This document shows, in pieces, positions 61,366-64,000 of a stretch of 64,000 nucleotides of DNA; positions within the stretch are counted from its first letter, which is position 1, and the number at the start of each line of letters is the position of its first letter. A program made the position numbers and the translations under genes. The notes under the pieces are model-generated. The model saw only the letters and a program-made list of their open reading frames with translations. It was not told the DNA's origin and did not search any database. The DNA is taken from positions 3,693,761 to 3,757,760 of the forward strand of contig CM121341.1 of assembly GCA_051530055.1 (NCBI GenBank), in the 5' to 3' direction. Source of the stretch: Neoechinorhynchus agilis. Lineage: Eukaryota; Animalia; Acanthocephala.

Positions 61366-61685
61366 ATAGATTAATGGACTTATGGATTCGTTCTGATCGC
61401 AATTCAACGGAAGGAAGTCGAGACCGACTAAATTCTGCCTACAAACCGAGCCGTGTCCAATTTTAAACAAGCAAAATAGATTAATGGACTTATGGATTCG
61501 TTCTGATCGCAATTCAACGTGGAAGGAAGTCGAGACCGACTAAATTCTGCCTACAAACCGAAGGTCCGTGTCCTAATTTTAAAACCAAAGCAAAATAGAT
61601 TAATGGACTTATGGATTCGTTCTGATCGCAATTCAACGTGGAAGGAAGTCGAGACCGACTAAATTCTGCCTACAAACCGAAGGTC
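61363..61685. repeat. Short tandem array 8, ~120-bp unit x ~2.7, sharing modules with array 7
   Basis: AAATAGATTAATGGACTTATGGATTCGTT occurs at ~61363, 61473 and 61592. The unit contains TCCTAATTTTAAAACCAAAGCAAA from array 7. Confidence 0.88.
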
Positions 61686-62039
61686 TACAGAGCTCAAGAT
61701 AGGACCGAGATTAATTTTTGTCAATTTTGTGGAGTATTCGTCAATTATAGTGTTTAGAAATTAAAACCAATCGCTCTTCCTATGCACCAACCTGAATCTT
61801 GATCTAAAAAATTTCAAAAGAGAAAATAATTCGCGATGCAAGAGTCGGAAAAACGGAAAAACATCAGAGTTTGTGTTTATTTGCGCAAAACTCAACAATT
61901 AAGACGAATAATTCGAAACTTTTCATCGGCGGAGCAACCATCAGTGCCTCTAAAAAGAATAACTCTATAGTCGTTCCCTTTTCACATGAGCAAAACAGTC
62001 GTAATCCCAATTCATTTCATCCTCTCCCGACCTCTCCCC

Positions 62040-62900
62040 CCTGCAGGTCTCGAAAGCGCTAATGAAGCTGGAGAAACAGCTGAACGCGATAAACCCGTCG
62101 ATAATGTGGACAATCACCCCCAAAAGACAAAAATGGTCGGATCAGCTTCTTGGACGTCTACTTACAACGAAACGGAGCGTCGATTACCACCTCGTTATTC
62201 CACGAACCTGGTATAGAGTGGAGTCCCCAACTCACTGGAAAAGTCATGGTCCCAACAGATATAAGTTTAACGCTGCTTGCAATCTATTCTCGAGAGCGCT
62301 AGAAATAGGGAGCAACAAGTATGCGACAAAAAGGAGCAAAGGCATCATCGATCGGAAACTAAGAAACTTTTAGTACTCAACCTACGTCATTAAGAAGGCA
62401 CTGACAGATGCAGAAGGACAAAAAAAGACAAGTTGAGCGAGAAGAAAACGAGATTCATCCGAGTTCATTACATTTCTTCAATAATGAGAAACCTTATCTC
62501 TCGCATTGCGAAGAAATCGAGCTCGGTGAATCTCATACCGTACCACTAGGCAGGAGTGAATTTGAACAGCGTTTTCAAGTCGGAGCAACTCAAGGACAAC
62601 GATTGCGTGGTCTACTCTGCAGCCTGCAAAAACTGTGGCAATGTCTTTATATTGGACAAACGAAGCAGGGTATTTGGAAAAGAAAGCATGAATACGCACT
62701 CAAACGGAGTGATGTGTCATCGGTCATTTTCAACTTCGCCATGCAAAACGACCACACAATCGACTTCGGAGGAACGAAGGTGAAAATGGTGGAAAACGAG
62801 GTCCAAAGAAGGCTCTGATCAAGGAAACTCTTCTCATCAACGCGGAGAGGACAATGGAAGGCAACAAGAGCAACTTCGCTCTTGTCCTTCCGACAAATAA
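62040..62900 (+). mobile_element. Penelope-like element 3' half: RT C-terminus plus GIY-YIG endonuclease, frameshifted
   Basis: RT part: QLNAINPSIMWT, WKSHGPNRYK..NLFSRALEI. GIY-YIG part: VVYSAACKNCG + YIGQTKQGIWKRKHE, FAMQNDHTIDF, ETLLINAE. Confidence 0.85.
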
Positions 62901-63579
62901 CCTCCGTGGAGCAGCAGGGTGAAGAGTCACCTTGGAAATTGATGGTCCCGCGTCCAGGGATCAAATGAACTCAAGTTCTATATGTGATTTTAGATGCTTG
63001 ATAAGGAGGTTGAGGCCTCGAAAATCTGGATGTAAATCTCGAGGAGGGAAAAACACGCCGTTCCGTGTTCCTCCTGTTTCCAAACTGCGATCGATCATCC
63101 CATTTTATTTATAATATTTGTTAGCTGTACTTCTTGGGCTGAACCTTTTTTGTAAAAAAATTCTTTTTTTAAACGGGTGAGTACGAAAATCAAGATTGCG
63201 ATTTTCGTATAAATCAAGTCTCCTAAAAAATTTTTAACCAGGCGAAACATCATTAACCAGTATCGATTCACTATCATTTCGATTTGATTCCAAGTATGGA
63301 TGGCAAATATTTTAGTCATAAACGTTTCCTACTTAATCTCAGCAACTATCGAGTCTTTGTTTTATCAAACATCCATTCAGATAAATATTTGTCAATTTGA
63401 TGCAAACTTTTCGCGCTCCAAATGGACTGAGATGCTTAGCTTAAATTTATCGGTAGTCCACATAGCTTTCATATTTCAAAACTTACAAGCAACCTGAAGA
63501 AGTCCGACGAGACAGGTGATATATTGAGATCATTAAAACAATATCTATTCTTCTCAATCACCAAAGGACACACTTATAT

Positions 63580-63900
63580 AAATGAACAACTTCTTTACAA
63601 CATATAATGTTCTATATTCCTTTTCCACAATCGAGACCTTCCACAAGAGACTCGAAACCTTCCACAAGAGAGCAGCGAGAATATGCGGGACTTTACTCCC
63701 TCCCCTCGACGCCCACCTCCACTCCATTTTCTCCAAAAACGCCCTCCGTCTTCTTCAACCCCCTCCACAATTTTCTTCTTTCATCTCTAAATACTCGTTC
63801 CTAGTAAATACCCGGAACCCAAACCTTTTTCATCCCCCCTCGCTCGTCCCAATCTTTCCATAATAATCGGAGAACAAGGAAAGACTCCTAATCAGCCATC
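63580..63900 (+). mobile_element. Possible LINE ORF2 C-terminal remnant
   Basis: RLETFHKRAARIC resembles LE..QRRA.R.I. C/T-rich strand with a ~21-bp tandem duplication. Confidence 0.35.
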
Positions 63901-64000
63901 TCCTTTACAAAGCCTCCGATCGCACATTAACACCCCTTCAAAGACAAATCCCACCTCCCTTGCCTTCAACATCCGTCATCCAGACACCGTTCAGCAAAGA

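Overview
Eukaryotic window, AT-rich and probably metazoan. It comes from a fast-evolving genome with short introns (43-52 nt GT-AG). It is not prokaryotic and has no CRISPR or rRNA. About 46% is eight locus-specific tandem arrays, with units of 150/109, 329/316, 226/200, ~357, ~196, 436, 180 and ~120 bp. Three conserved genes are clear: POLA2 (8 exons), intronless RAD51, and an intronless FCP1/CTDP1-like CTD phosphatase. Several small orphan ORFs sit among dense retroelement debris: CRE-like RLE non-LTR elements, APE-type LINEs, a Ty3/gypsy 3' end and Penelope-like elements. Four observations stand out. (1) Satellite arrays run to within ~20 nt of the POLA2 and RAD51 start codons, and these two otherwise unrelated arrays both carry CGCGAAAA (E2F/SCB-like). 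(2) Most start codons sit just after a splice-acceptor-like AG, which hints at trans-splicing or 5'-UTR introns. (3) A tRNA-headed, hairpin-rich ~200-250-nt element was amplified into two different arrays. (4) Minimal Penelope-type hammerhead ribozymes are present, including an inverted pair forming a 192-bp palindrome. Scattered homopolymer indels suggest long-read errors, so some frameshifts may be artefacts. All calls were made by eye, without database searches.
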